Shown here: positions 39,142-48,665 of the stretch, one piece after another
Layout: every line of letters begins with the position of its first letter
Position numbering within the stretch: the first letter of the stretch is position 1
Notes under the pieces: model-generated
Databases searched by the model: none
What the model saw: the letters and a program-made list of their open reading frames with translations, nothing else
What the model was told of the DNA's origin: nothing
Translations under genes and position numbers: made by a program
DNA from: Promethearchaeota archaeon
GTDB taxonomy: Archaea > Asgardarchaeota > Lokiarchaeia > Sigyniarchaeales > SOKP01
Reading direction: 5' to 3'
Length of the DNA stretch: 64,000 nucleotides
NCBI GenBank assembly: GCA_030599585.1
Contig: JAUVNS010000016.1
Location: forward strand, 28,607-92,606

Positions 39142-40227
39142 ATGATAGCACCTGAACTCGTAAAAATCCAAAAATCGAGAATAAGCCTTTCCATGGCGAG
39201 ATATTTCGACTTCGTAGGACAATACGAAAAATCGTTAGAAGCGGTCGAAGAATTTTTAGAACAAAAACCTCTTCATAAAAGAGCGTTAAAATTGAAATGT
39301 AGTATGACCAAGATCTTAGATCGATTACCGGAATCGATTCAAGCTTGCAAACAACTCCTTTCGCTTTGTAAGCCCGTGCGGGATTTTTGGAAAAGAACTT
39401 CTTTACTCAATTCAATTGGAAGCGCTTATTGGAGGTTAAAAGAGCCCGAATTAGCAATCAGGTACATGGAAAGCGTCGTCAGGTTGTACGAGATGTACTA
39501 TCGTTGGGGCAAAGAAGCGTTCGACGAACCAATTTTGTGGGCTCTTTGGACTTTAGCAGAATACCAGACAAAATCTGGTAGATTGTCAGACGCCATCGCA
39601 ACGTACGAAAAATCTCTCGAATTTTTGTCTAAAACAGGACCGCTATGCAGCTTCGCCGATCCTCTACACGAACTCGGAATATTATATTATAAACATCAAG
39701 AACTGGACAAAGCATTGCTCAAATTCGTAAGCGCTGCGAAAATTCACGAATCGTTCAAAATGCTTCTTTATTCTGGATACGATCACTACTTTATCGCTTG
39801 TATTTTACTTGAAAAGGAAATTTTCTCACAATCGCTCGTTCACATCAGAAAAAGCGTTGCATTTCTAAGGAAATCCTACTCTTCAGCTTACTGCGTAGAC
39901 TCGGACGACGATCCGTATTATCGAAGGGCTTATAGATTGAGAAACGCTCTGCAAAAACACGTATCTAAGGCTTTAATACGCAAAGCCCAAATCGCTGCAA
40001 GTAAAAACGACAAGATATCGACTTTAGAAGCGCTAAAAGAAGCTATTAGAGTTGAAGTAACGCTCAATTTCTCTCAAAATTATGATTTTTCTCATGTATT
40101 CAATATCCACGTTGAAAGTATGAAAAAAAAGATAAATAATTGTCCTGAATTCAAAAGATATAGAGATACAGAAGAATTCAAATCAATGTTTCTCCTGAAT
40201 TATAAAGATTTTAGATATGAAAAATAA
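39142..40227 (+). CDS. TPR-repeat protein with MIAPELVK leader
   Basis: TPR-like helices; motif at 39105-39120. Confidence 0.75.
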   Translation: MIAPELVKIQKSRISLSMARYFDFVGQYEKSLEAVEEFLEQKPLHKRALKLKCSMTKILDRLPESIQACKQLLSLCKPVRDFWKRTSLLNSIGSAYWRLKEPELAIRYMESVVRLYEMYYRWGKEAFDEPILWALWTLAEYQTKSGRLSDAIATYEKSLEFLSKTGPLCSFADPLHELGILYYKHQELDKALLKFVSAAKIHESFKMLLYSGYDHYFIACILLEKEIFSQSLVHIRKSVAFLRKSYSSAYCVDSDDDPYYRRAYRLRNALQKHVSKALIRKAQIAASKNDKISTLEALKEAIRVEVTLNFSQNYDFSHVFNIHVESMKKKINNCPEFKRYRDTEEFKSMFLLNYKDFRYEK

Positions 40228-40359
40228 GTAATATATTTATTTTTTCGTGGCTTCGGCCTCCAATAATCTAAAACCTCAAATCTTTTTCTTTTTTTTTTTA
40301 TAATTTTAATTTTTTTATCAAGACTTTTTCTTTAAATACTACTCATAAGTTGTTAAACC

Positions 40360-40740
40360 ATGATAACACCTGAGCTCGTAAAAACGCGAGAATCAAAAAA
40401 AGCCATGGCACAATGCGCTATTTGTGCCGGATTAGGTATAAAAATCCTAAAATTAGGCTCCAACTTCGCGGTAGTATGTAAAAACTGCTTAGTTACGTTC
40501 TCTTTAAGCGACCTCGAACTTATGCACAACATGTTCCTTGCCTACGGAGGGTATTTCGGGAAATACGCCAGCAGTAAAGAAGAGTCTTATCAAGAACTAG
40601 AAGCAATCTCAGAAGAATACGCTCAGTCAAGTAAAGACTTCGAAAAAATAGAAAGCGACGTGAGAAACCTCCATCGGGCGTTTACGCACGGAATCACCCC
40701 AATTCAATTAGTTCAAGGGCTTCGGGTGTTATCAGACTAA
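40360..40740 (+). CDS. Zinc-finger protein (GGYFG family), paralogue of 22914..23288
   Basis: CAIC..CKNC..FLAYGGYFGK..HR..THGITP; motif at 40325-40338. Confidence 0.75.
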   Translation: MITPELVKTRESKKAMAQCAICAGLGIKILKLGSNFAVVCKNCLVTFSLSDLELMHNMFLAYGGYFGKYASSKEESYQELEAISEEYAQSSKDFEKIESDVRNLHRAFTHGITPIQLVQGLRVLSD

Positions 40741-40759
40741 TTCAATCAGAAAACGGAAA

Positions 40760-40954
40760 GTGAATAATATGGAAAAAGTTGAAAGTAGCATCAAAAATCG
40801 ATTTATGGCTCTAGCATCTTTAGAGTTAGGTTTTGACGACATAGCGAGAGAAAGAGCGAGTAAACAACTCGAACGTTGTTCTCCCGCAAACTCTTTAAGT
40901 GTAGAAAAAAACGAGCTTCTGATGTTTCTTCTCTCTCAGAGCATAATGAGTTGA
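40760..40954 (+). CDS. Small hypothetical protein
   Basis: 64 aa ORF directly downstream of 40740. Confidence 0.4.
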   Translation: MNNMEKVESSIKNRFMALASLELGFDDIARERASKQLERCSPANSLSVEKNELLMFLLSQSIMS

Positions 40955-41011
40955 TTTAATTTAAGTTTTAGATATAAAAATTAGTTTTTTAAGAATATCA
41001 GGTAAATAGAT

Positions 41012-43921
41012 ATGTCAAACGAAACCTATCCTAAGGAAGTCCCGTATAAGTACAAGTATTTTGAAGGGTTAGAAATTGGCGCAGTCTCAGTGAAGTGGCT
41101 TCGAATAGCGCAAGACGGTGCGATATTAAAAGAAATTGTGCGCCACGAAGGTTATCCAAGGGAAAAAATTAAGCAAATTTTTGAGCGATACAACAGCAAC
41201 GGAGATTCAAGCGTTGTAGTTACGGGTAGCGTAGCCAAAAAATTTTACGATTTTTCTTATTACTCTGAAGCCGAATGCTTTGAAAAGGCGTTAACCTATT
41301 ACGGCATAAAACCAGACTTACTTCTATCCTTGGGAGGCGAGACCTTTAGCGTATATCCCATGAGAAACGGTATCGTTAAAAATATAATATCCAGTTCAAA
41401 ATGTGCTGCGGGGACGGGAGAGTTTATTGTACAACAACTCGGAAGAATGGGTTTATCTTTGAAGCAAGGTATTAGAGAAAGCTCAAAGGGTCAAATCGTA
41501 CAGTTAGCTACTCGATGTTCGGTCCATTGTAAATCTGATGCGACTCATAAGCTCAACAAAGGGGAATGTAAGCCCGAAGACATCGCAAAAACGTTAATAC
41601 ACGATTTAGCCAGAAAAGTGAGCGAGATGATTGAAAGCGCTCAATGGCCAACAAAGTTGATAGTAATTGCTGGAGGTGTTGCGTTAAATAAGTATTTTAT
41701 TGAAAGCATGAAAACATTCCTTCCTGGTTCTGAACTAAAAGTCTTGCCCGAAAGTCCTCTTCTCGAAGTATTTGGAGCAGCTCTATACGCGTCTGAAATT
41801 GGAGGCGAAACCCAACATCACGAGAGTTGGGACGCTCGATCCGGTAATAAGTTTGAAACCTTAGAACCTCTTAACAATGCCGAAGGATTATTAGATTATC
41901 GCGTTGAATCGACTTATAGAACACACATAATAAATAACGGTTCTTATATTTTTGCTGTAGACGCGGGATCCACTACCACAAAGGCAGTTCTCTTTAACCT
42001 CGATAACGGTTCGATTGGGGCTAGCGCATATTTAAGAACGCTAGGGAATCCAATTCTATCGGTAAAAAAGTGTATAAAAAGTCTTATTGAACAAGTAGGA
42101 GACGCATCAATAAAAATCGTTCAGTGCGCAGTTACGGGGTCGGCAAGAGAAATGGTGTCTGTATATTTGGACAATTGCCGGAGTTTTAACGAAATATTAG
42201 CTCACGCCAGAGGTGCTACTGAAGAATTACCAAACGTTGACACCGTATTTGAAATAGGCGGACAAGATTCAAAGTTTATAAATTTTCTAAATGGCGTTCC
42301 AATCGATTGCACCTTGAACGAAGTGTGTTCTGCGGGAACAGGAAGTTTTTTAGAAGAATCCGCTTCGGTAGATATGCGTATTCCAGTAGGAGACATTAGC
42401 GACATGGCTTTAAAAAGCACTCATCCGATTGCGTTTGGAGTGCGGTGCGCTGCTTTTATCAACACCGATTTAAGAAACGCACTCCAACAAGGTGCTAAGC
42501 GAGAAGCCGTCGTTGCTGGTTTAGCGTATTCGATCGCTGAAAATTATAAGTCGAGGATAATTGGTTCCCGTCAAATAGGAGAAAACGTGCTATTTCTGGG
42601 CGGGGTTGCGCTAAATAAGTCGGTAGCGTTGGCTATTGCGAATTGCACTCAGCGTAAAATTATCGTACCTTCTCACCCTGAGCTCATGGGAAGTATAGGT
42701 TCTGCCCTTATGGCGCGCGATCTTTTGGATCGGAAAGATATTGTTAGAAGAAAGTTTGCGTTAAAAGATTTGTTATCAGGAGACATGAACGTTAAAAATA
42801 AGTTTAGGTGTAACGCGTGTAAAAATAATTGCGAAATTCAAAATATATCCATTCGGGGTAAATCGTATCCGTTCGGAGGTTTATGTTCCAAATACACGCT
42901 GTTGCGACAAAAAGACGTCAAGAAGAGGGGTATAAACCTAGTTGAGATGAGAAACAACTTACTTTACAACGAATTCGGTCCAATTACTCTTAAAAACCCG
43001 CTTGGTTCTATAGGGTTGCCGATGGCGTTAACTACTCATTCGCTTTTCCCTTTATACGCTAAGTTTATTAACGAATTAGGGTATAACGTAGTTTTATCGA
43101 AGTCAATAGAAACAGGAGACACAAAAACTTTGTCCCCTATCTGTTACCCTTGCGAATTGGTACACGGGGCAGTAAAAAATCTCATCAAGCAAAAGGTCGA
43201 TTATATCTTCCTACCCCGGGTTCTTGAGATGGAAGCGTCCGACGGTTACTTGCACGGATACACGTGTACTTCGACCTCTATCATATCCGACGTCGTAATC
43301 GCAGCTTTTGAGAACGAACGAGATAAAATTTTGTCTCCTCACGTGAGCACCTCAACAGATTATGTTACTACAACCTTACAAGAATTTGGAAAAGTGGCTG
43401 AAAAACTCGGATTAGAAAAAACAAAAGGAGAGGAAGCCGGAAAAAAAGCTTTTACCCATTACGCAAAGTTTCTTGCCAAATATCGCAACTTAGGAGAAAA
43501 AATGCTCCCGAAATTAACAAAAGATCCTTGCGTAATAGTTGCCGGAAGACCTTACGTAGTTTACCCAAGCGGGATTAACATTGCACTCCCTCAGAAGATT
43601 GCGAGTAGAGGGTACCACGTAATTCCAGCTGATATTTTGCCTCAAATGAACGCCGATCACGAAAGAAACGCGTGGCACTACACTCAACAGATGAACAAAG
43701 CGGTTGATTTCGCAAGGAAGCACCCAAGAGTGTACATCTGCTTGGTCTCGTGTTTTTCTTGTGGCCCTGACGGTACGATGTATCACAGTTTTCGGCAAAA
43801 ACTAGCGGGAACCACGTTCTGCTACCTCGAGATTGATTCCCACACGGCACACGCAGGCTTCGAAACGCGAGTGGGAGCTTTTCTGGACATAATTGAAACG
43901 CAAGTAGTTAAATTAAGTTAA
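41012..43921 (+). CDS. Acyl-CoA dehydratase activase (double BadF/BadG/BcrA/BcrD ATPase + DUF2229)
   Basis: CAAGTG, RCSVH, DAGSTTTK, EIGGQDSK, CSAGTGSFLEE, CFSCGPD, LEIDSH. Confidence 0.9.
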   Translation: MSNETYPKEVPYKYKYFEGLEIGAVSVKWLRIAQDGAILKEIVRHEGYPREKIKQIFERYNSNGDSSVVVTGSVAKKFYDFSYYSEAECFEKALTYYGIKPDLLLSLGGETFSVYPMRNGIVKNIISSSKCAAGTGEFIVQQLGRMGLSLKQGIRESSKGQIVQLATRCSVHCKSDATHKLNKGECKPEDIAKTLIHDLARKVSEMIESAQWPTKLIVIAGGVALNKYFIESMKTFLPGSELKVLPESPLLEVFGAALYASEIGGETQHHESWDARSGNKFETLEPLNNAEGLLDYRVESTYRTHIINNGSYIFAVDAGSTTTKAVLFNLDNGSIGASAYLRTLGNPILSVKKCIKSLIEQVGDASIKIVQCAVTGSAREMVSVYLDNCRSFNEILAHARGATEELPNVDTVFEIGGQDSKFINFLNGVPIDCTLNEVCSAGTGSFLEESASVDMRIPVGDISDMALKSTHPIAFGVRCAAFINTDLRNALQQGAKREAVVAGLAYSIAENYKSRIIGSRQIGENVLFLGGVALNKSVALAIANCTQRKIIVPSHPELMGSIGSALMARDLLDRKDIVRRKFALKDLLSGDMNVKNKFRCNACKNNCEIQNISIRGKSYPFGGLCSKYTLLRQKDVKKRGINLVEMRNNLLYNEFGPITLKNPLGSIGLPMALTTHSLFPLYAKFINELGYNVVLSKSIETGDTKTLSPICYPCELVHGAVKNLIKQKVDYIFLPRVLEMEASDGYLHGYTCTSTSIISDVVIAAFENERDKILSPHVSTSTDYVTTTLQEFGKVAEKLGLEKTKGEEAGKKAFTHYAKFLAKYRNLGEKMLPKLTKDPCVIVAGRPYVVYPSGINIALPQKIASRGYHVIPADILPQMNADHERNAWHYTQQMNKAVDFARKHPRVYICLVSCFSCGPDGTMYHSFRQKLAGTTFCYLEIDSHTAHAGFETRVGAFLDIIETQVVKLS

Positions 43922-43971
43922 TTATTTTTTGGTTTTATTAAAAACAATTAAAGAAAGGTGTAAAAAGAAGT

Positions 43972-45360
43972 ATGTTGGATGTAAGTAATTGTGCGGTGGA
44001 AGAAATTCCCAAAGCGGTCCAAGCTAAGTTTTCTGGGGGCTATATTGTAGATAGTGACGGTCAGAAAGTTGATCTTAGCGATCCTAGAGTGGTCTACGTT
44101 TTACCCGAACCAAGGAATTCCTACGGAAGACGCCTTGTGGAAGATTTGTACGCTTCCCACAACAAGAGCGTTCGAATAAGTGGGGAAACTAACGCTTCCA
44201 CGCTAAATTACGGTAAAAAAATCTGTTCTGGAAGGGAATGTCTTCCGAGTCTTGCAATAGCTGGCGCTGTGTTAAGAGACATTCAAGAGCATCGGGAGGA
44301 AAACGAGGTTACTATTTACACTACCCCAATTGACCAACATGGACCGTGCCAAAATGGTGCTTGGCCAGTACTGTGGGAAACATTTGCCAAGAGGTTAAAC
44401 GTTAAAAATTGTCTTTTTTACCAGACGCCTGGTTACCACAACAACTATTTAGGGTTAGACAAAGATTTCATAGCGCAAGAAAAGCTTAACTTCGTTATAG
44501 GTCAGTACATTATCGAAGCACGGAACGCCTTACGCTGTACCGCAGAAGATCAGTATTCCGCATTAAACGATTTCGAAGAAATTACGGACAAGTTTATTGA
44601 AAGCGTAAGGCTAAAAGAAAAAACGATTAAAACTGGTTTACTCAGATGGGCAAAAGAAGTCGCTAAAATACCGTTAAAGGCTAAAGTAGAAGAAACTGCT
44701 AAAATATTAATCTTTGGCGGGTTGAACTTAATGTTCGATCACTACCCCATCGAAGAATTTTACTTAGAAAAAGGGATAATAACAAAAGTTTCTGACTTGG
44801 CAGAAGCAATGACTCTTTTGTTGTCTGAAAAAATAATAAAATTTGGTCTTAAAAAAGGACTCCTTACCCCGAAAGAACAGTTCGACGAGTCCTTGATAAA
44901 TTTTTCGGAACTAAGCCAGCAAGAACAGAAGGAGGCCACGAAAGCTAAGCGAAGCAAGAGCGTGATTAATTTTTTGGACACGCAATGTAAGACATATCGA
45001 AGGATCATGGGAAAGTCGGGGTTATTGTTCGATTCCTACGTTGAGATCGATAAACTTTTAGAAGAAGGGCATCAACACGCCTCCGCAAATAGTATGACTG
45101 AAACGCCGCAAATAGTTGGGAGGTTTCTCTATTCTCTTAAAGAACAAATATTTGACGGGCTGATAAACCTTGGGACGTTCAATTGCCAACCAGCCATGAA
45201 CTCTCAAGCAATTATTCGACCGTTAGCGAACAAGAGCGAAGTACCATACGCCGCAATTGATTGCGAAGGACCGTGGATATCTTCTAACCAAAAAAGACTC
45301 CTCGAAACGATCGCAGTTCAAGCTAAAAGGTTACGCAAAAAGAAAAATGGTTTTCTTTAA
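43972..45360 (+). CDS. Activase-associated 2-hydroxyacyl-CoA dehydratase-related protein
   Basis: CSGRECLP, GPCQNG, GTFNCQP; adjacent to the activase. Confidence 0.75.
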   Translation: MLDVSNCAVEEIPKAVQAKFSGGYIVDSDGQKVDLSDPRVVYVLPEPRNSYGRRLVEDLYASHNKSVRISGETNASTLNYGKKICSGRECLPSLAIAGAVLRDIQEHREENEVTIYTTPIDQHGPCQNGAWPVLWETFAKRLNVKNCLFYQTPGYHNNYLGLDKDFIAQEKLNFVIGQYIIEARNALRCTAEDQYSALNDFEEITDKFIESVRLKEKTIKTGLLRWAKEVAKIPLKAKVEETAKILIFGGLNLMFDHYPIEEFYLEKGIITKVSDLAEAMTLLLSEKIIKFGLKKGLLTPKEQFDESLINFSELSQQEQKEATKAKRSKSVINFLDTQCKTYRRIMGKSGLLFDSYVEIDKLLEEGHQHASANSMTETPQIVGRFLYSLKEQIFDGLINLGTFNCQPAMNSQAIIRPLANKSEVPYAAIDCEGPWISSNQKRLLETIAVQAKRLRKKKNGFL

Positions 45361-45593
45361 TCGTTCCTATGTCTGAGTGTAAGAGATGTAGACAATCTTG
45401 GCGCCCTCCTAAAGATATAATCTACAAAGAAGGGTTTTGTATTCCTTGTTATTTTATCGTACACGATTTTTTAGAAGAGAAAAAACCTTCTTTAGAAAGG
45501 TGTCTCGTTCAGCAATCTTTATAACCGGGTTTATTAAAAATTTTCTTCGTTGAGACTTTTTCTTTAAATATTCCTCACATGAGTAATAAAACT

Positions 45594-46341
45594 ATGATAA
45601 CACCTGAACACAAGACGGTGAAAAATTATTCTTGATAAAAAATGTTTTATAATTAACAACAACTTAACGCTACAGTTGAACGGAGAAACTACTAATATTT
45701 ACGTGAACGGTAAATTGTTTCGTCACTGCAAATTTCTTTTACTGCAAATTCCTAACGAAAACATTAAAGATTATAAGAGCATCGATTCAATAGACGAAGC
45801 AGAAGAAGTTTATAGTCGTTCGTTAGAGCGTCCCAGAACATCTGTTTGTAAGATTTCTCCGGAAGAAGAATTCTTTGGTCATTGTTCGAATTTGCAAGCG
45901 TGGGCAGAGAACGAATACGATAGTAGAATACTTCACAGAAACTTGGCGTTCCCTTTGTTAAAAATGCTCTTCGATACAGGCGATTCCTTCGCAAAAATTA
46001 GGCTAAGAGAAGAGGTTGCCCTACGCCTTGAGAGTGGACACCCTTCGGTTGTAAGATATCTTATTTCTGAAGGTTATTTGTCGTATTTAGACGAAAATGA
46101 GATAGGGAATATTCTTCTTAGTTTAATTAGAAAACACGGCAAAAACATTAATCCTAAAACATACGACGCTATCATCCATTATTTTTTCAACAAATATCAG
46201 GCTGAATTTGGTTTTTCTTTACTTGAGCTCATTGAGAGAATGGGGAAAGAAAAAAACTACAGAAACACTAAAGGAAGCTGTAAGTGTGGGTTAACATTCA
46301 ATTTTTCTCAATATTTTGATTTATCTCGCACATATCTTTGA
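45594..46341 (+). pseudogene. Loki-type 'NIYVNG..CKFLLL' domain protein with a +1 frameshift in an A5 run near its start
   Basis: MITPEHKTVK (45594) joins KIILDKKCFIINNNLTLQLNGETTNIYVNG if one A is removed at 45621-45625; downstream ORF 45676..46341 carries EEEFFGHCSNLQAW..LHRNLAFPLL. Confidence 0.55.
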
Positions 46342-46413
46342 AAATTTTTCAATTTTTCTTTTATATATATATACATTTAGTAGATTTATTAAAGATCAAT
46401 TTGTTATTATCCT

Positions 46414-46824
46414 ATGGCAGAATCACAAGATAGTATAGAACAATTTTTAAGCCCATATGCAACCGATCGCTTAAATCAGAAATCAGGGAAGCCAGTCAAA
46501 AATATTCTTAAGCAAACTGTACATAAAGAGTTTCTTGATTATTATGCTTGGATGATTAAAGCTTTTGCGAGATGCGTTTTCAATTTAGAAGGGGAAATAT
46601 ATCTTAGAGACATTATTACTATAATAATAGCTGAGGCTAACCTTGCAACGGATGCTCCTCCATTTAGAGTAATGTTAGCAAATAATTTCTTTAGTACTTT
46701 TAACGCTTTGGATTTTAAGGCATTTTTGGAGAGCGAAGTCCACCGATGGTTAGTATATCTACAAGAAAATAGTAAATTGCCTGGAAAATATAACAGATTC
46801 ACTGGAAAATACGAAAAAAATTAA
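46414..46824 (+). CDS. Hypothetical protein
   Basis: 136 aa ORF; motif at 46353-46367. Confidence 0.65.
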   Translation: MAESQDSIEQFLSPYATDRLNQKSGKPVKNILKQTVHKEFLDYYAWMIKAFARCVFNLEGEIYLRDIITIIIAEANLATDAPPFRVMLANNFFSTFNALDFKAFLESEVHRWLVYLQENSKLPGKYNRFTGKYEKN

Positions 46825-46860
46825 ATTATTAAAATTATTTTAATAGGAGTGAAGAGATAA

Positions 46861-47145
46861 ATGACTTTTGACCCATTTCAAGATTTTTTTGGCGCTTTTA
46901 CTTTTATGACCATAATTTTTATAGTAATAGCAATAATAGCTATCGTCTTTTTCGTCGTTATAATCTATTTCATAATTAGATCATTAAAGGGTGATACTAA
47001 ACGAAGCGAAAGAACGAGTCCAGCTAAACCATACCCGGAAAAGGTCTTCAAAAAAGAAGAAACATCGAAATTTTGCAAATATTGCGGTGCTAAAATCACT
47101 GAAGAACTTATTATTTGTCCTGATTGTGGAGAACAACTGAAATAA
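46861..47145 (+). CDS. Single-TM zinc-ribbon protein
   Basis: TM followed by FCKYCG..ICPDCG; GGAGTG SD. Confidence 0.75.
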   Translation: MTFDPFQDFFGAFTFMTIIFIVIAIIAIVFFVVIIYFIIRSLKGDTKRSERTSPAKPYPEKVFKKEETSKFCKYCGAKITEELIICPDCGEQLK

Positions 47146-47289
47146 CTTAATATATCGAGCGCAAACATAGAACTACCTCCTCACTCCATGAATAACTCTA
47201 ATGTTCTTATATCAAATCCTTACAGTATTACGATGAAAGATTTGTTCTATGACAATTACGTTAATCACATTTGAATTTACCGATTTTGC

Positions 47290-48042
47290 TCAAACAAAGA
47301 CTTCGTTCTTTTTTAACACCCAAGTATCGATTGTGAACTGTTGCGTGTTGCTCGATTCTAAGTCGTAATTCGAGTGGATGGTAGACTTCGGAATCCAAAT
47401 TTGTTTTCCGCTTTCGAAAAGGATCAGAAGCGCTTTTTCGGTCTTTCTCTCGCATATCCCTCTAACCTTAACGGATTCGTTGTCGAGATTTATTTTTTCT
47501 AATTGCGAGGGGGGAACTTGACTAGTAGTTTGGTTTTTTGGTTCTGATACGCCTACCGTTTCTTCTGTCACTAATAGCTCTGATTTTTGCTCGTTTGTTT
47601 CAATGACAGCAGGTTTCTTAAAGCCACCGTTTTTGGATTTAACGGTCGAATTTGCTATTTTCTCTTCGAATACATGCTCCAATAGCGCTTTAAACACCAC
47701 AACCTCGGAGTAGTTTAACATTTTGTAGTAATCGCCACCGTTGACGTGGAATCTTTCTTTATTTTCTTTATCCCATTTGAAAAAAATAGAAGTTTTATTT
47801 TCTTCGAAGATGTGAATCGTTTTCCAACTTGGCGCTTCTTTGCGTAGTACTCTTAGGATGAGCACCATTTCTTCTAGAGAGAATTTAATGGACTTTCCTT
47901 CTCCTTTTGAGGGCTTTTCCCACGTTCCATTATCTTTCTTTTTGATAAACCTTAAAAAAAAAAATTGGTTACTCCAGGAACTACTGTCAAAAAACATCCC
48001 CCCACTCGAACCAAAAAACGCTTTGTTGTGATATTCTACCAT
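47290..48042 (-). CDS. Putative PC4/Whirly-like ssDNA-binding protein with small C-terminal beta domain
   Basis: FIKKKDNGTWEKPSKGEGKSIKFSLEE; C-terminal TEKALLI..WIPKS; motif at 48087-48100. Confidence 0.55.
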   Translation of the reverse strand: MVEYHNKAFFGSSGGMFFDSSSWSNQFFFLRFIKKKDNGTWEKPSKGEGKSIKFSLEEMVLILRVLRKEAPSWKTIHIFEENKTSIFFKWDKENKERFHVNGGDYYKMLNYSEVVVFKALLEHVFEEKIANSTVKSKNGGFKKPAVIETNEQKSELLVTEETVGVSEPKNQTTSQVPPSQLEKINLDNESVKVRGICERKTEKALLILFESGKQIWIPKSTIHSNYDLESSNTQQFTIDTWVLKKNEVFV

Positions 48043-48120
48043 AAGTCGATCAACTTGTACTAATTACTAAGTAATCAGATTTTACTTATTTAAAGAAAAA
48101 TTTATTATTCAAATTTACAA

Positions 48121-48325
48121 TTAAATCGAAGTCTTTACTGCTTGAGCTAACCGATACGACATTAAAGGAAGCACTGCATTACCAATTTGCTTAATCAGGT
48201 ATGTCTTCGAACGATATATCTAAAATGTCAATCGCGTACACGATTTCGAATCCGGCTTTGACAAACCCTATATCGAGCCCTCCACAACCGCTAAACAAAC
48301 TGCAAACTTTTATTTTTGTTCCCAT
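48121..48325 (-). pseudogene. Remnant of a C5 cytosine DNA methyltransferase (internal deletion)
   Basis: Motif I SLFSGCGGLDIGF..AGFEIVYAID, then a stop; motif X KQIGNAV.P in another frame about 100 nt later. Confidence 0.85.
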
Positions 48326-48389
48326 AACTACTTGAGATAGGAAACAAGTGAGTGCTTTTAAAAAAAAAAATACTAGAATAGTTTTAGGT

Positions 48390-48665
48390 TTAAGGACAAA
48401 TTCCCGTATCTCTATTTGTGTTGATTTGATAATCTATAACCTGTGGTTTTAGCAAATTATTTGACGAAGTTTGCAATTTTTCTATCGATACGAGAGATTC
48501 TCTGTCTATCCAGACGATATTTCCATCGTTTTCTATCCATATAAAATTCTCTTCTCTTTCAAGGAAATTATCTAACTTAGATTCGTTAATTTCGCCGTAG
48601 CAAACTTTTTTTTCCCCGTCTCGTTCGTATCTTATCCTAACCACGGTGTTATCATTTTCGTTCAT
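48390..48665 (-). CDS. Small hypothetical beta-rich protein
   Basis: 91 aa ORF; TTGTTC-TTTATATA about 22 nt upstream. Confidence 0.6.
   Translation of the reverse strand: MNENDNTVVRIRYERDGEKKVCYGEINESKLDNFLEREENFIWIENDGNIVWIDRESLVSIEKLQTSSNNLLKPQVIDYQINTNRDTGICP

Noticed and set aside
41012-45360. Activase/dehydratase pair as part of the recombination regulon
   Set aside because: No regulon motif upstream; an ordinary metabolic module interspersed in the island
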